The notes under the pieces are model-generated. The model was not told where the DNA came from, did no database searches, and was given only the letters and a program-made list of their open reading frames with translations. From Candidatus Latescibacterota bacterium (GTDB lineage: Bacteria > Latescibacterota > UBA2968), in assembly GCA_965204375.1 (NCBI GenBank), contig OZ241986.1, positions 5,120,001-5,184,000 of the forward strand: a stretch of 64,000 bases of DNA. Reading direction: 5' to 3'. A program made the position numbers and the translations under genes. Below, piece after piece: positions 48,332 to 59,473 of the stretch (its first letter is position 1; each line of letters begins with the position of its first letter).

Positions 48332-49306
48332 CTACGCGCGGGACGCGCCCAGGGTTTCGAGGACTTGCTTGGGAATTTTGCAAACAAAAGTATAAGCGGG
48401 ATCGTACATATTGCCCATATCGTATTCGACCGCCTCCCCCAGCAACACATGCACGGTGCGCTCATCCAACCCAAAATCAGACACGAGCCAGCGGATCATT
48501 TCAGTGGTCGCGTGTTCCACACACTGATCGAGTGGACGGGCATTGCCCACCGTAAAAATATGCGTCTCGTTTTCACCCCGCGGCCAGTTAATCGTTTTGC
48601 CCTTGTGCAGATGAACCGTAAAACGGACATCAAAAGAAATTTCAATACCCGTACCCACAATTTCACCATCGCCCTGAAGCGCGTGCCCATCGCCAATGTG
48701 AAAAAGCGCGCCCTCGACAAAAACTGGCAAATAAACCGTCGTGCCCTCGTTAAAACGCTTGTAATCCATATTCCCGCCGTGCGTGGATGACGTCGCTGTC
48801 GAAATCGCCTGCCCCCGCGGCGGCGCAACCCCAAAACATCCGGGATGCGGATTGAGCGGCAAAACCAGATCGCTTAACGGACGGGTAGCGGGACTGCCAT
48901 AACCGGGCGTGGTATGGTCGCGGTTGCGAGAAACCTCTACCGGGCGTGCCGTGCGATTTTCAAAATCGATCGCCCATAAAACCCGCGAAATGTCATCCTC
49001 AAACTTGGGCACATAACCCGGATCGAGCACATTGGGCGCAACGCGCGCAGACGTATAGCCATGCGAGCGATTGGGCATCAGGTGATCAAACACAACCGAA
49101 ATCGAATCCCCCGGCTCTGCACCCTCAATATAAAAAGGACCCGTCTGGGGATTGCCACCCTCGGTCACTTGCTCGCCCGTCATATCCCTGCCACCCGCAC
49201 AAACCGTCGTCGTCGAAAGCGTATCACCACTTGCAATGGTAAGGACAGGTTCGTGTGATCCGATGGTCGTGTGATAATGCGTGGGGGTAAAGTTATGATG
49301 TGCCAT
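48332..49306 (-). CDS. Acetamidase/formamidase family protein
   Basis: TGPFYIEGAEPGD, HGGNMD, GDGHALQGDGE. Confidence 0.9.
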   Translation of the reverse strand: MAHHNFTPTHYHTTIGSHEPVLTIASGDTLSTTTVCAGGRDMTGEQVTEGGNPQTGPFYIEGAEPGDSISVVFDHLMPNRSHGYTSARVAPNVLDPGYVPKFEDDISRVLWAIDFENRTARPVEVSRNRDHTTPGYGSPATRPLSDLVLPLNPHPGCFGVAPPRGQAISTATSSTHGGNMDYKRFNEGTTVYLPVFVEGALFHIGDGHALQGDGEIVGTGIEISFDVRFTVHLHKGKTINWPRGENETHIFTVGNARPLDQCVEHATTEMIRWLVSDFGLDERTVHVLLGEAVEYDMGNMYDPAYTFVCKIPKQVLETLGASRA

Positions 49307-49327
49307 AAATACTCCTAAAAGATAATG

Positions 49328-50239
49328 TCACGCAATCATCCTTATTTTCTCCTGTGCCTCCCAGGCCCGCTCCCATGACTTACCGCGATCCTCACTGATA
49401 TAAAGCGTCTTATCCACGGCGGCCCAAGCACACCCATCTTTTGAAAACGCAATGTGAAAGGTATCGATATTGTGCGGAACTGTTCCTGGAAAACCCGCTG
49501 TAACGTGTTCCCAGGTACCGCCCGCATCATCCGATCTATAAAGCTGGCCTGAAGCCTCTCCGTGTGGCCCCTTGCTCACCGTAGCCAGCACACAATCCGG
49601 ATCATCGGGATGCACGGCAATAGCGCGACCGTAATAATAGGGAAAACCCTCAGATCGGTGGGACCATGACCTCCCGCGATCATCGCTCACAAACACCGCA
49701 CGCGCCGTATTTGCATACACGCGGTCATCATCCCGGGGCGAAGTAGCCACCTGGTGAACATCATCGTGCAAATCAGGCGTCACGGGTTCCCATGTCTCAC
49801 CGCAATCTGCCGAACGCATAATACTACCCACGTGAATATCGGCATAAACCCAGCCATCCGTTGTCCTGGCAAAACTGCGCACATCAGGTGGACCCCCCCA
49901 GGGCGTGTACCACTTATCGCGCACCGAAAGCTGGTCAAAAGACTCAACGCGATGCGTCTTCCCATCGTCATAACAATAAATATGGGACTCGCCCGTACCG
50001 ATAAGCAAACGCAGAGGTTCTTCGTCAACAATAATCAAACACTCGATATCCTGCTCAATACCCGTGGCAACCGTCTGGGATCCCGTTTCGGTACATACAA
50101 ACAAATCACCACTCTTAAGAGCAACAACGCGATAAACCTCGCCTTTGGCAAGCGCGGCAACATCGCCCTCTACAATCTGCACAGGATCGGCATGCTCCTC
50201 AAAACCCGTATGCACTGTTCGCGACGTAGCAATAAGCAT
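49328..50239 (-). CDS. BNR/Asp-box repeat beta-propeller protein
   Basis: Repeated SxDxGxTW/SW Asp-boxes. Confidence 0.85.
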   Translation of the reverse strand: MLIATSRTVHTGFEEHADPVQIVEGDVAALAKGEVYRVVALKSGDLFVCTETGSQTVATGIEQDIECLIIVDEEPLRLLIGTGESHIYCYDDGKTHRVESFDQLSVRDKWYTPWGGPPDVRSFARTTDGWVYADIHVGSIMRSADCGETWEPVTPDLHDDVHQVATSPRDDDRVYANTARAVFVSDDRGRSWSHRSEGFPYYYGRAIAVHPDDPDCVLATVSKGPHGEASGQLYRSDDAGGTWEHVTAGFPGTVPHNIDTFHIAFSKDGCAWAAVDKTLYISEDRGKSWERAWEAQEKIRMIA

Positions 50240-50397
50240 AACGCACCTCCGTGTTTAAGTTTAAAAGCAATTTAACCGATCGCCCGACCACTGTAAACCC
50301 CAAAATCCATTGCCTGACAATTCTAAAAACTTGACAAACTCAGAAATGTCGGATTATTTGTATTGTCTTTCCATTCTACATAAAGGAGATCAATACC

Positions 50398-51249
50398 ATG
50401 AATAATTGGAAACCCACCGACGAACAAAAACACCAATGGGAAGAAAAGGGATTCTTTATCGAGCGCAACGTCGTACCAGAAAGCATTGCTTTTGACATGC
50501 GCGGCGTTATAAAAAACGAATTGCTCAAACCCGAGCCAAGTGGCAACCCCAATCCAGACCCCATGGATCCCATGGGTGACACCCCTGAAGCGCGCGCCCT
50601 GAGATTTCGAAAATTGGGCAATTTCTGCGTCGAATCCCCCCTCATCTGGCATACATTTCACACCGGACGAGAAATGCTCGCCCTGGCGCAATATTTTTTG
50701 GGCAGCGACATCATCGTCAAATTCAACAGCGTATTTGTAAAACCCGCCAAAACGGGCAGCGCAACACCCTGGCATCAGGACAACGGCCTCTGGCGCGACG
50801 GAGAAACCGAACCCTTTAATGCGTGGATGGCACTCGACCCGGCAACGCGCGAAAATGGGTGTATGCAATTTGTTCCGGGCAGTCACAAAGGTGAGATAGT
50901 ACAACATGTCATGTACGAAGACAGCATTCACGGTGAACTGCCCCGCGACCTCGTAAAAACGCGCATAAAACAAAGCGGCACAGAACACATCGAACTCAAC
51001 CCGGGCGACGTGGTCTGCTGGCACAGCAGCCTGTGGCATTACAGCCCGCCAAACCCCAGTCCAAACAGCCGCATAGCCATAGCGGGCGTGTGGACAAACC
51101 CCAAAATCAACGCCGGACGCATGCGTCCCCTACACCGCTGGGGCATGAAAAACGGCGAAATATGCACCGCATTTCCCCCCGAATTCGTCCAGAACGAAAA
51201 CGGCAAGCCCCACCACCCGGGAGACTTTCCCAAAGCAATAAAACCATGA
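50398..51249 (+). CDS. Phytanoyl-CoA dioxygenase (PhyH) family
   Basis: PWHQD, ENGCM..PGSH, LWHYS. Confidence 0.9.
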   Translation: MNNWKPTDEQKHQWEEKGFFIERNVVPESIAFDMRGVIKNELLKPEPSGNPNPDPMDPMGDTPEARALRFRKLGNFCVESPLIWHTFHTGREMLALAQYFLGSDIIVKFNSVFVKPAKTGSATPWHQDNGLWRDGETEPFNAWMALDPATRENGCMQFVPGSHKGEIVQHVMYEDSIHGELPRDLVKTRIKQSGTEHIELNPGDVVCWHSSLWHYSPPNPSPNSRIAIAGVWTNPKINAGRMRPLHRWGMKNGEICTAFPPEFVQNENGKPHHPGDFPKAIKP

Positions 51250-53462
51250 ACAAACAGGGAACCATAGACCGTTCCATCGGTCTGGCAGGCGCAACAGGCG
51301 TGGGCATTGGTGCCATTGTCGGAGGCGGCATACTCGCACTTGCAGGCGTGGCCTATGCGACCACTGGACCGGCGACACTGCTCGTCTTCGCGGCCAATGG
51401 TGTAATAGCAGTACTGACAGCATTGAGCTTTGCCGAGATGTCAACCGCATTTCCCCAGTCCGGCGGCACCTATACATTTGCCAAAAACGTATTATCCGTA
51501 CGCGCGGCTTTCGCTTTTGGATGGGTAGGCTGGTTTGCATCCATCGTCGCTGGCGTACTCTACGCGATGGGGTTTGCATCCTATGCTGCGATAGCACTAC
51601 AAGAATGCGGGCGTCTTCTCTTTGGCGTCGCACCAGAATGGCTTGTTGGACAGGCGATGGTCGCAACACTGGCCATCTGCGCAACAGCCTATTATACTTT
51701 TGGCCTCATTCGCACCAGCGGAGGCGGGGACAACTGGATCAACTTTGCAAAAATGCTCGTCTTTGCCGTGCTTATCGGCGGCGGTCTATGGGCACTCACG
51801 GGCCGCAGCCTGGGAGCCATACACGCCAGCCTGACCCCATTTCTCACCCATGGAACAGCGGGATTTTTTAAAGCCATGGGATATACCTTTATCGCCCTCC
51901 AGGGCTTTGACCTCATCGCTGCCGTCGCTGGCGAAGTACGCACTCCCGAACGCACATTGCCGCGAGCCATGCTCTTGTCTCTCGCAGCGGCTCTGGGCGT
52001 CTATTTGCCCCTGCTCTTTGTCATCGCGACTGTAGGTGTGCCACCCGGACATACGATAGGTGGCCTGAGCGCCAACCATCCCGAAGTGGTAGTGGCTCTC
52101 GCGGCGCGACATTTTTTAGGTGAAACGGGTTTCTGGCTCGTACTGGTCGCCGCCATCTTGTCCATGCTATCGGCACTACAGGCCAATTTGCTGGCGGCTT
52201 CTCGCGTGGCCCTCACCATGGCGCAAGACCGCACCCTTCCCGCACCTATTGGCGAAGTACATATTCGCCATAAAACGCCCATAACCGCAATCTGTGTCAG
52301 TGCCCTGACAATGGCAATCCTGCTGATGGTTGTGCCCGATGTAGCGGCTGCTGGCGCTGCGGCGAGTTTGATTTTTCTCATCTCTTTTGCCATGACGCAC
52401 TGGACCAGCATCCTGGCCCGAACGCGACGGCGAACACCCGCACCATTCCACACGCCATTATTTCCGCTCATTCCCGTTACAGGCGGTTTGTGTTGCGCCG
52501 GACTGGCACTCTTTCAGGCCATATCCGTGCCAACCGCTGGCTTGATCTCGGCGGTATGGCTGGGACTGGGCGGATTATTGTATTGGGCATTATTGGCGCG
52601 CCGCGCACGCGTTGTCGATGCCTCTGCCGAAGCCCTCGACCCACAACTGCTCCAAATGCGCGGTCGCAGTCCCCTGGTCCTCGTACCCGTGGCCAATCCT
52701 CAAAATGCCTCTGCCATGGTCGCAGTTGCCCACGCGCTCGCACCGCCAGGCGTAGGGCGCGTATTGCTATTATCCGTAGTAGCTACCCCAGAAGAGGGAT
52801 GGCGCGAGGAAGAACCACCTCATACCTTGCGCGACACACAGACAGTACTCAGAGAAGCCGTAACAGCCTCGTTTGCTGCTGGAATGGCACCCGAAGCACT
52901 GATGACCATCGCGCCACAACCCTGGCCCGAGATTGTGCGGGTTTCTCGCGCGCACCGCTGCGAGAGTTTGTTATTGGGTTTGAGCGATGTCAACAGTGCC
53001 CATCTGGAAGAACTCATCAGTTCTGTGGCGTGCGACGTGGTGGTATTACACGCGCCACCGGGTTGGCACTTAAAGAACATACATCGCGTACTGGTGCCCA
53101 CGCGAAGTCTCAGTGCCCACGACAAATTTCGCGCCCGCTTGCTGGGCAGTCTGTGCCGCACGGGCAAACGCGAAGTCACCTTTTTGCAGGTATTGCCCGA
53201 ACACAGCAGTGATTTTCAGTGTGACCGCGCACAGCGCAGACTGACGCAATATGCAAATGAAGAAGTTCCCACCAGAGCCGATGCCTTGGTGGTGCGCCAC
53301 AACAAACCCCTCGAAGCAATTACGGATATGGCAAATAACTACGACCTAACGGTTTTGGGATTGGAGCGCATTGATAAAAACCGCAGACAATTTGGACAAC
53401 TCGCACCGGCCCTCGCACAGAATATCACCTGTGCCACCATCATGATCAGCAGACGAGGATGA
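51246..53462 (+). CDS. APC-family amino acid permease with C-terminal USP-like domains
   Basis: GIGAIVGGGI, SGGTY, GFDLIAAVAGE, then VLVPVANP. Confidence 0.88.
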   Translation: MNKQGTIDRSIGLAGATGVGIGAIVGGGILALAGVAYATTGPATLLVFAANGVIAVLTALSFAEMSTAFPQSGGTYTFAKNVLSVRAAFAFGWVGWFASIVAGVLYAMGFASYAAIALQECGRLLFGVAPEWLVGQAMVATLAICATAYYTFGLIRTSGGGDNWINFAKMLVFAVLIGGGLWALTGRSLGAIHASLTPFLTHGTAGFFKAMGYTFIALQGFDLIAAVAGEVRTPERTLPRAMLLSLAAALGVYLPLLFVIATVGVPPGHTIGGLSANHPEVVVALAARHFLGETGFWLVLVAAILSMLSALQANLLAASRVALTMAQDRTLPAPIGEVHIRHKTPITAICVSALTMAILLMVVPDVAAAGAAASLIFLISFAMTHWTSILARTRRRTPAPFHTPLFPLIPVTGGLCCAGLALFQAISVPTAGLISAVWLGLGGLLYWALLARRARVVDASAEALDPQLLQMRGRSPLVLVPVANPQNASAMVAVAHALAPPGVGRVLLLSVVATPEEGWREEEPPHTLRDTQTVLREAVTASFAAGMAPEALMTIAPQPWPEIVRVSRAHRCESLLLGLSDVNSAHLEELISSVACDVVVLHAPPGWHLKNIHRVLVPTRSLSAHDKFRARLLGSLCRTGKREVTFLQVLPEHSSDFQCDRAQRRLTQYANEEVPTRADALVVRHNKPLEAITDMANNYDLTVLGLERIDKNRRQFGQLAPALAQNITCATIMISRRG

Positions 53463-53497
53463 AGAAGTGTGAAGTATGAAGGAGGAAGTGGGAAACG

Positions 53498-53566
53498 GTA
53501 GGGGCGAAAAATTTTTCGCCCGTCATTGCGACATAATCCGGTAGGGGCGAGGCATGCCTCGCCCGT
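53498..53566 (+). repeat. Two GTAG-type REP-like palindromes
   Basis: GTAGGGGCGAAAAATTTTTCGCCCGT (53498-53523) and GTAGGGGCGAGGCATGCCTCGCCCGT (53541-53566). Confidence 0.8.
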
Positions 53567-53600
53567 CGTTGGGATCCGCAGATAAAAAAAGGAGAACACC

Positions 53601-54431
53601 ATGGACGCGAAAAAATGGTTGCAACACTGCGCCACAGAAGCGCAACTCAGGCAATTTAATGACGAGGGATATTTGATCGTCGAAGACGCCCTATCACCCG
53701 ACCTGCTCGCGCGATTGAATGACGCCGTCGATCGGGTAGAAGCGCGGGAACGCGAGGCAAAAGGACTGAAACCAGATGCATTATTGAAAAAATTCCGAAC
53801 TGTTGTGGAAGACGATGTCTTTCTGGAATTACTCGATAATCCCAAAACATTCCCCTTATTATGGGATATCCTGGGATGGAATATCCAGCTCTATATCTCC
53901 CATCTGATCGTATATCCTCCCGAGCAAAAGAAACGCGAGATACACCAGGGCGGCTGGCATCAAGACGGCGGGAGACCCGTGCCCGAGATGGAACGCCCCC
54001 ACCCGCGTCTATCCCTGAAAATCAGCTACTGGTTAAGCGATGTTGACACGCCAGAACACGGCGCAATGCAAATTGTGCCGCGCAGTCACAAACTGGACAC
54101 AAAACCCGAAGGATGCGATGTGATGCCCGTATGTGTCAAGGCGGGAACAGCCGTGCTTTTTGACCGCAGAATGTGGCACCGGCGGGGAATCAACACATCC
54201 GACGTCACACGCCGCGTGCTATTCTTTGGCTATAGTTATCGCTGGCTGCGGGGACTGGATTACAACCTCATGCCCGAAAATATACTCGGCAAATGCGACC
54301 CCATCCGCCGCCAGCTACTCGGCGATGGCATAGACGTCAAAGGATGGTGGCAGCCCACAGAAGCCGACGTCCCCCTCAAGAGTTGGCTGCGCGAACACAA
54401 AGGCGAAGAATATCTCGAAGCATTGGGATAG
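53601..54431 (+). CDS. Phytanoyl-CoA dioxygenase (PhyH) family
   Basis: GWHQDG, VPRSH, FDRRMWH. Confidence 0.88.
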   Translation: MDAKKWLQHCATEAQLRQFNDEGYLIVEDALSPDLLARLNDAVDRVEAREREAKGLKPDALLKKFRTVVEDDVFLELLDNPKTFPLLWDILGWNIQLYISHLIVYPPEQKKREIHQGGWHQDGGRPVPEMERPHPRLSLKISYWLSDVDTPEHGAMQIVPRSHKLDTKPEGCDVMPVCVKAGTAVLFDRRMWHRRGINTSDVTRRVLFFGYSYRWLRGLDYNLMPENILGKCDPIRRQLLGDGIDVKGWWQPTEADVPLKSWLREHKGEEYLEALG

Positions 54432-54434
54432 ACA

Positions 54435-54470
54435 AAAAGAGCCATAACAGATAAATGTTATGGCTCTTTT
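54435..54470. terminator. Bidirectional terminator
   Basis: AAAAGAGCCATAACA / TGTTATGGCTCTTTT between convergent genes. Confidence 0.75.
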
Positions 54471-54503
54471 ATTTTCCGAGAACTTCCACGGCTATCAAAC
54501 CCC

Positions 54504-55319
54504 TCAATCAAAAGACCACAGCTTGAGAATCGTCTTACACAAAATCCATTCCAGGTCGTCATCATTAAAAAACATGTGGTCGCGTATCAAATCCAGAGAC
54601 TCTTTGTACCCACAACTCCTGAACACATGGGGAAAATCCGTACCCCACATCAAACGTTCGGGACCGTACACATCGTAAATGCGCTTGATCATATCGTGCG
54701 TATCGCGGTGCGGATAGGGCATATTGGATCGCTGACCCACATTGGAAATTTTGACATACACATTGGGATATTGTCCCCAATTGAGCAAATTGGTCAGCAA
54801 GGGTTTGGGATCGGGTTCATCCGCGGGAATACCGGCAATGTGATCAACCACAACATTGACCTCGGGAAACCGGGCAATAATGGGTTCAATGGGCTGATGA
54901 TCTTCAGCCCCGCCAAACAAATTGAAACACAGGCCCAGATCCCGGGCACGCGCCCACAGCGGATCCTTGTCAGATGCAGCCAGACCTTTAGGGTCTCCAT
55001 AACGCGACAGATGAATGCGCATCCCGCCAAAACCCTCTTCCCTGTGCAAACGCTCTAACTCATCCGCAGCATCGGGTGATGTGGGATCCACAAGTGCCTG
55101 TGCCGCGAGCTTATCCGGATACCGCTTGAGACAGTCCGCCACATAGCGATTATCAAAAAGATAGTGGATCGGCTGAACAATAACCGCTTTATCCACTCCT
55201 GCGTCCGCCATCGTCTCAAACAAAAGCTCGACCGAACCCGCTTCATGGGGTCGGCTGGGACCATAGGGATAGGTTTCCTCGTCATCGCTCCACACGTGGA
55301 GATGGGGATCAATAATCAT
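54504..55319 (-). CDS. Amidohydrolase_2 family protein
   Basis: IDPHLHVW, VVDHIA, LMWGTDFP; SD AGGAGG. Confidence 0.88.
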   Translation of the reverse strand: MIIDPHLHVWSDDEETYPYGPSRPHEAGSVELLFETMADAGVDKAVIVQPIHYLFDNRYVADCLKRYPDKLAAQALVDPTSPDAADELERLHREEGFGGMRIHLSRYGDPKGLAASDKDPLWARARDLGLCFNLFGGAEDHQPIEPIIARFPEVNVVVDHIAGIPADEPDPKPLLTNLLNWGQYPNVYVKISNVGQRSNMPYPHRDTHDMIKRIYDVYGPERLMWGTDFPHVFRSCGYKESLDLIRDHMFFNDDDLEWILCKTILKLWSFD

Positions 55320-55329
55320 GTTAAACCTC

Positions 55330-56241
55330 CTAAAAGCCGTTCGGCGTATCTTGCAAAATCTTCTCAATCCGTTCCAATTCATCATCCGAAAACGCGACAT
55401 CTGCCGCGCCGACGTGTTCCTTGACCTGATCGGAATTTTTCGCGCCAACGAGTACACATGTGACTTCCTCGCGGCGAAGAAGCCAGGCAATGGCGAGTTG
55501 GACCATCGTGATATTTTTCTCGGCAGCAACGGATTTTAACCCATCTGCCACTGCGAGATAACGGGCAAAAAGATCGCCCTGAAAGCGGGGTGAATTCGCG
55601 CGCTCATCGTCTTCGGAAAAGACGTGACCGGGCGCGTATTTGCCCGTGAGCAACCCTTTCCCCAGGGGACTATGTGCGAGGATACCAATACCCGTTTGTC
55701 TGCAAAAATCCAGATCTTCGGCTTCAATATTGCGGTCAAACATATTGTAACGCGGTTGATTCGAATGAAATGGGGCAATATCGTACGCCTGTTGCATCTG
55801 TGCCGCATTGAAGTTGGAAACCCCGATAAAGCGCGTTTTGCCCTGTTCTTGCAGCCGGGCCATGGTTTCCATACTCTCTTCAATTGGATACTGCGGATTC
55901 CAACTGTGGATTTGATACAAATCTACGCAATCGACATCGAGATTTCGCAGGCTATTTTCAATGGCGCTTTCAATATCCCCGCGAGAATACTGACGACTGA
56001 CTTTTGTGGCGAGAAAGCACCGCTCGCGATAGCCATCTTTGAGTGCCCTGCCCAACGTGGCTTCGCTGGTGCGATATGCCTGTGCAGTATCGAGCAGGGT
56101 AATACCGCTGTCAATAGCAGTACGCACAGTATCAATACTATCCCTATCATCCATATTGCCCATACCGCCGCCAATGGGCCAGGCACCCAGGCCAATAACC
56201 GGGATGTCGGCACCGTCTTTGCCTAATTGCCGATGATTCAT
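55330..56241 (-). CDS. Aldo/keto reductase
   Basis: DTAQAY, LATK, DLYQIH, GVSNF, SPLGKGLLTGKY. Confidence 0.92.
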   Translation of the reverse strand: MNHRQLGKDGADIPVIGLGAWPIGGGMGNMDDRDSIDTVRTAIDSGITLLDTAQAYRTSEATLGRALKDGYRERCFLATKVSRQYSRGDIESAIENSLRNLDVDCVDLYQIHSWNPQYPIEESMETMARLQEQGKTRFIGVSNFNAAQMQQAYDIAPFHSNQPRYNMFDRNIEAEDLDFCRQTGIGILAHSPLGKGLLTGKYAPGHVFSEDDERANSPRFQGDLFARYLAVADGLKSVAAEKNITMVQLAIAWLLRREEVTCVLVGAKNSDQVKEHVGAADVAFSDDELERIEKILQDTPNGF

Positions 56242-56321
56242 AACAGACTCCCTTCTCTGCTTGATATTAAGCGCGTGATGTGATACCTTGATCTCAACAT
56301 GTTAATCAGAACGGATTTTAA

Positions 56322-57491
56322 ATGCCACTAATCAATACACCCAACGAACTCGAAACCCTTGTCAACCGCGCCCTGGACGCGCCCTGTGTGGGCATTGATA
56401 CAGAATTTGTCTGGGAACAAACCTATTATCCGCGCCTGGGCATTGTACAGGTGGGACTTGCAAAAAATGATTGCCACCTGATAGACGCCGTCACATTATC
56501 GGATCTATCACCTCTGGGTGCATTAATAGCAGACCGCCACACCGTGAAAATCTTACACGATGCACAGCAAGACCTCTGGATTTTAAGACGGATAACAAAT
56601 GCTATCCCCTGTAATATATTCGATACGCGTTGTGCAGCGGGTTTTGCGGGCCTGGGTTCAACCCTATCGCTGGGTAATTTGTTGCGCCTGTGTCTCAATA
56701 TACAATTGCCCAAAACAGAAACGCGCACAAACTGGTTGAGGCGACCATTATCGGATAAACAACTCGAATACGCTCTGAATGACGTGCGATATTTGCCCGC
56801 CCTGCGCGAACACCTTCTGACCGACATTCATCGACGAGGCAGAGAAAACTGGTTGGCAGAAGAACTCCGTCAGTACGATATTGCCAAATTGTACGATGAC
56901 CGCGCCCCCGAAGAACAATATACGCGCGTAAAAGGCACGGGAAGACTGTCAAGGCGCGACATGGTCATCGTGCGCGAACTGGCCACCTGGCGCGAACAAA
57001 AGGCGCGACTGGCAGACCGCCCCAGAGCCTGGATCATAAGGGATGATACGCTCGTGCAAATTGCCCGGCGTAAACCGCGATCAATTCAGTCGTTAAAACG
57101 ATTGCGGGGTATCCCGAGATCAACTGTAAATCGGTACGGCAAAAACCTCCTCAACGCTGTGCAACGCGGATTGGCAATCGACGAAAAAAATTGCCCGCCC
57201 ATACCGCCACCTGTGCGGCCCGATCCCCTTGACGATGCCCGTCTCGATCTCGCCATGGCTTTCTTGCGCGGACGATGTCTATCAGAAGGGATCGATCTCG
57301 CAATGGTCGCATCTCGATCAGAAGTCAAAGAATTCATTTCTCCCAAAAGAAATGCGCCGGATAATCCGTTGCACGCGGGATGGCGACACGAATTTTTGGG
57401 CGCAGACCTCACCGCGCTCTTGACTGGCAAACACGCCATTGGCATCGATCCCGACACCCGCTTGCCAAACTTGCTGCGGGATAAGGCATAA
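56322..57491 (+). CDS. rnd: Ribonuclease D
   Basis: IDTEF, HDAQQD, DTR, WLRRPL..QLEYA..DV and an HRDC domain. Confidence 0.92.
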   Translation: MPLINTPNELETLVNRALDAPCVGIDTEFVWEQTYYPRLGIVQVGLAKNDCHLIDAVTLSDLSPLGALIADRHTVKILHDAQQDLWILRRITNAIPCNIFDTRCAAGFAGLGSTLSLGNLLRLCLNIQLPKTETRTNWLRRPLSDKQLEYALNDVRYLPALREHLLTDIHRRGRENWLAEELRQYDIAKLYDDRAPEEQYTRVKGTGRLSRRDMVIVRELATWREQKARLADRPRAWIIRDDTLVQIARRKPRSIQSLKRLRGIPRSTVNRYGKNLLNAVQRGLAIDEKNCPPIPPPVRPDPLDDARLDLAMAFLRGRCLSEGIDLAMVASRSEVKEFISPKRNAPDNPLHAGWRHEFLGADLTALLTGKHAIGIDPDTRLPNLLRDKA

Positions 57492-57496
57492 TCCGC

Positions 57497-59473
57497 TTAC
57501 CACCCGTGAACAGAATGCCCTTCTTCCGGAAAAAAGGTAAAATCGACAATAGAAGACACACCAACGCCGACGACATAACCGATCACAAGACCAAAGAACA
57601 AAGGGATACAGCGCCGATAGAGCGAAATGCCACCAATGCGCAGAATAATGAGCTTGGATGCCCAGGTCAGAAAAATACTGAAGGCATAGACCCGAGAACC
57701 CGACATCTTCTGAAAAGCCAGACCCAGGGGATGCAAGGGCCACCACGGGATGCGATTGCGAAGGAGCATAAGCAGACCAGCTTGCCCAAACCCAAAAATC
57801 CAGACCGCTATTTTACCCGGATCAAAAACCGTTTTATCCGCGCCAACAATAGCGGAAACCATGCGATCGTACGTGCGAATATTGGACCCGCTAAAACCCG
57901 ACAGCCCCAGGTTTTGACCCGCGTAGTTATATCCCAAATGGACAATAAAAAGACAAGACCCGAAGAACCCCGAGGCAAAAGCCAGCAGAACGATCCAGAA
58001 AACCCATCGGCGGCGGACGTCATTCCCTAAAAGTTTGAGGTGATGAGGCAACGCGGGCCATGCGGGAATGCGCGAATTGCCAAAAAATGCACTCGAATTA
58101 ATCACGCCCAATGCAACGGTATTTTGTTGCGTGAGCGTTGCGGTCCCCGTAAAAATCTCGACAATTTGACCCCCCTTACCTCCAACCGGAAAAAGATAAG
58201 AAAAGCCACTCGCCGCGGTGTATTTTGCCACCGTGAAATACGCTGCATAGAGCAGTAAAAGGTGAAAAAGCGCGAGAAAAGGAGACAAACCCACCGCGAC
58301 GAACCAGCCAAAAACAAAGATAGTCGCCGCAATAAAACCGAGCAATGATAGGCGATAAGATACCAGACCGTCATCTGCCTCTCCCGTCACGGCTGCGCGA
58401 AGAACATCTCGCAAATGGCCTCGCGCGACCCATATTGCCCACACTGCCAGAAAGATGAAAGCACCATGAGATTCTAAAATCAGAATCTCACTCGCTTCTG
58501 CCTGTTGCCCGGAAAGACCCACATTAAATCCCGTGCGAGCCATCACCCCTTCTTTGACAATAGCGATAAGACGAAAAGCCCAGAAACTGAAGAGGATGTC
58601 CAGATTACACATATAAGTAAGGCCCAAAACAGGAGGCAGAATACGCAAATAGAACGATGGAAAATTGCGCGCAATGGGCACTTCTTTGGTCAGATAACCG
58701 TCGTAAATGCCAATTCGAGGCAAGCTAATGGCAAAATAACCGAGAATATTCCAGGCAAAAACACCGAAAACAACAAAAAACCCCACCCAGAAGAGTTTAT
58801 TCCGAAAAATACCGGGTATAACGCGACCGGGTTCATCAAAACCCTCGGTCAATGCAATCGGAAAAGCCGCAAGAGGAAAAGTGAGACGCTCATTCTCCTC
58901 CCATTGCTTTTGAAAAATGACCGCAAGGCACAATCCAGCAACAACAAGGGCAATAGACACGGCGAACCACCAGTGCAGTGAAGCCAGCCATCCGCGCCAG
59001 GGAATGCTCGCGCCATCGGGAAGGCCCTCGTAATACGTGCGAATAATCTCGGGCGTTGCCTGCGGCAAACACCACCACGGCAAAAAGTCAAAAAGGACCT
59101 CTTCCCATCGATTTTCGGGCGAAGCATAATAAAACGGCGTACTGACAATGCCACCCCAATAGGTCGTCCACCCACTTGCCGAAACCGTACCGACAATCCA
59201 CGACATGCTGTAAATAACCAGAAGCTCTGTACTGCGCAAAGCCATGCGCGGCCATGCGAGCTTTAGAATGAGATTGATCACGAGCCACGCGACAAAGGGC
59301 AAAAGCATAGCCATAGACAACTGCGACTTGACCAGCGAAGCAGACCCCAAAATCATGCCCGTGTAATCGCTGTAAATATTGAGCAACGCCGCAGTAGCCG
59401 CACCCAGGACAATGGATCGAATGGTAATACGCCGCGAGCGTGCAGGTTCGGGTTGTGGTTGTGCAAGTGCCAT
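57497..59473 (-). CDS. DUF6785/DUF6784-type polytopic membrane transporter
   Basis: QWEENERLTFPL, WWPLHPLG, many TM helices. Confidence 0.7.
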   Translation of the reverse strand: MALAQPQPEPARSRRITIRSIVLGAATAALLNIYSDYTGMILGSASLVKSQLSMAMLLPFVAWLVINLILKLAWPRMALRSTELLVIYSMSWIVGTVSASGWTTYWGGIVSTPFYYASPENRWEEVLFDFLPWWCLPQATPEIIRTYYEGLPDGASIPWRGWLASLHWWFAVSIALVVAGLCLAVIFQKQWEENERLTFPLAAFPIALTEGFDEPGRVIPGIFRNKLFWVGFFVVFGVFAWNILGYFAISLPRIGIYDGYLTKEVPIARNFPSFYLRILPPVLGLTYMCNLDILFSFWAFRLIAIVKEGVMARTGFNVGLSGQQAEASEILILESHGAFIFLAVWAIWVARGHLRDVLRAAVTGEADDGLVSYRLSLLGFIAATIFVFGWFVAVGLSPFLALFHLLLLYAAYFTVAKYTAASGFSYLFPVGGKGGQIVEIFTGTATLTQQNTVALGVINSSAFFGNSRIPAWPALPHHLKLLGNDVRRRWVFWIVLLAFASGFFGSCLFIVHLGYNYAGQNLGLSGFSGSNIRTYDRMVSAIVGADKTVFDPGKIAVWIFGFGQAGLLMLLRNRIPWWPLHPLGLAFQKMSGSRVYAFSIFLTWASKLIILRIGGISLYRRCIPLFFGLVIGYVVGVGVSSIVDFTFFPEEGHSVHGW

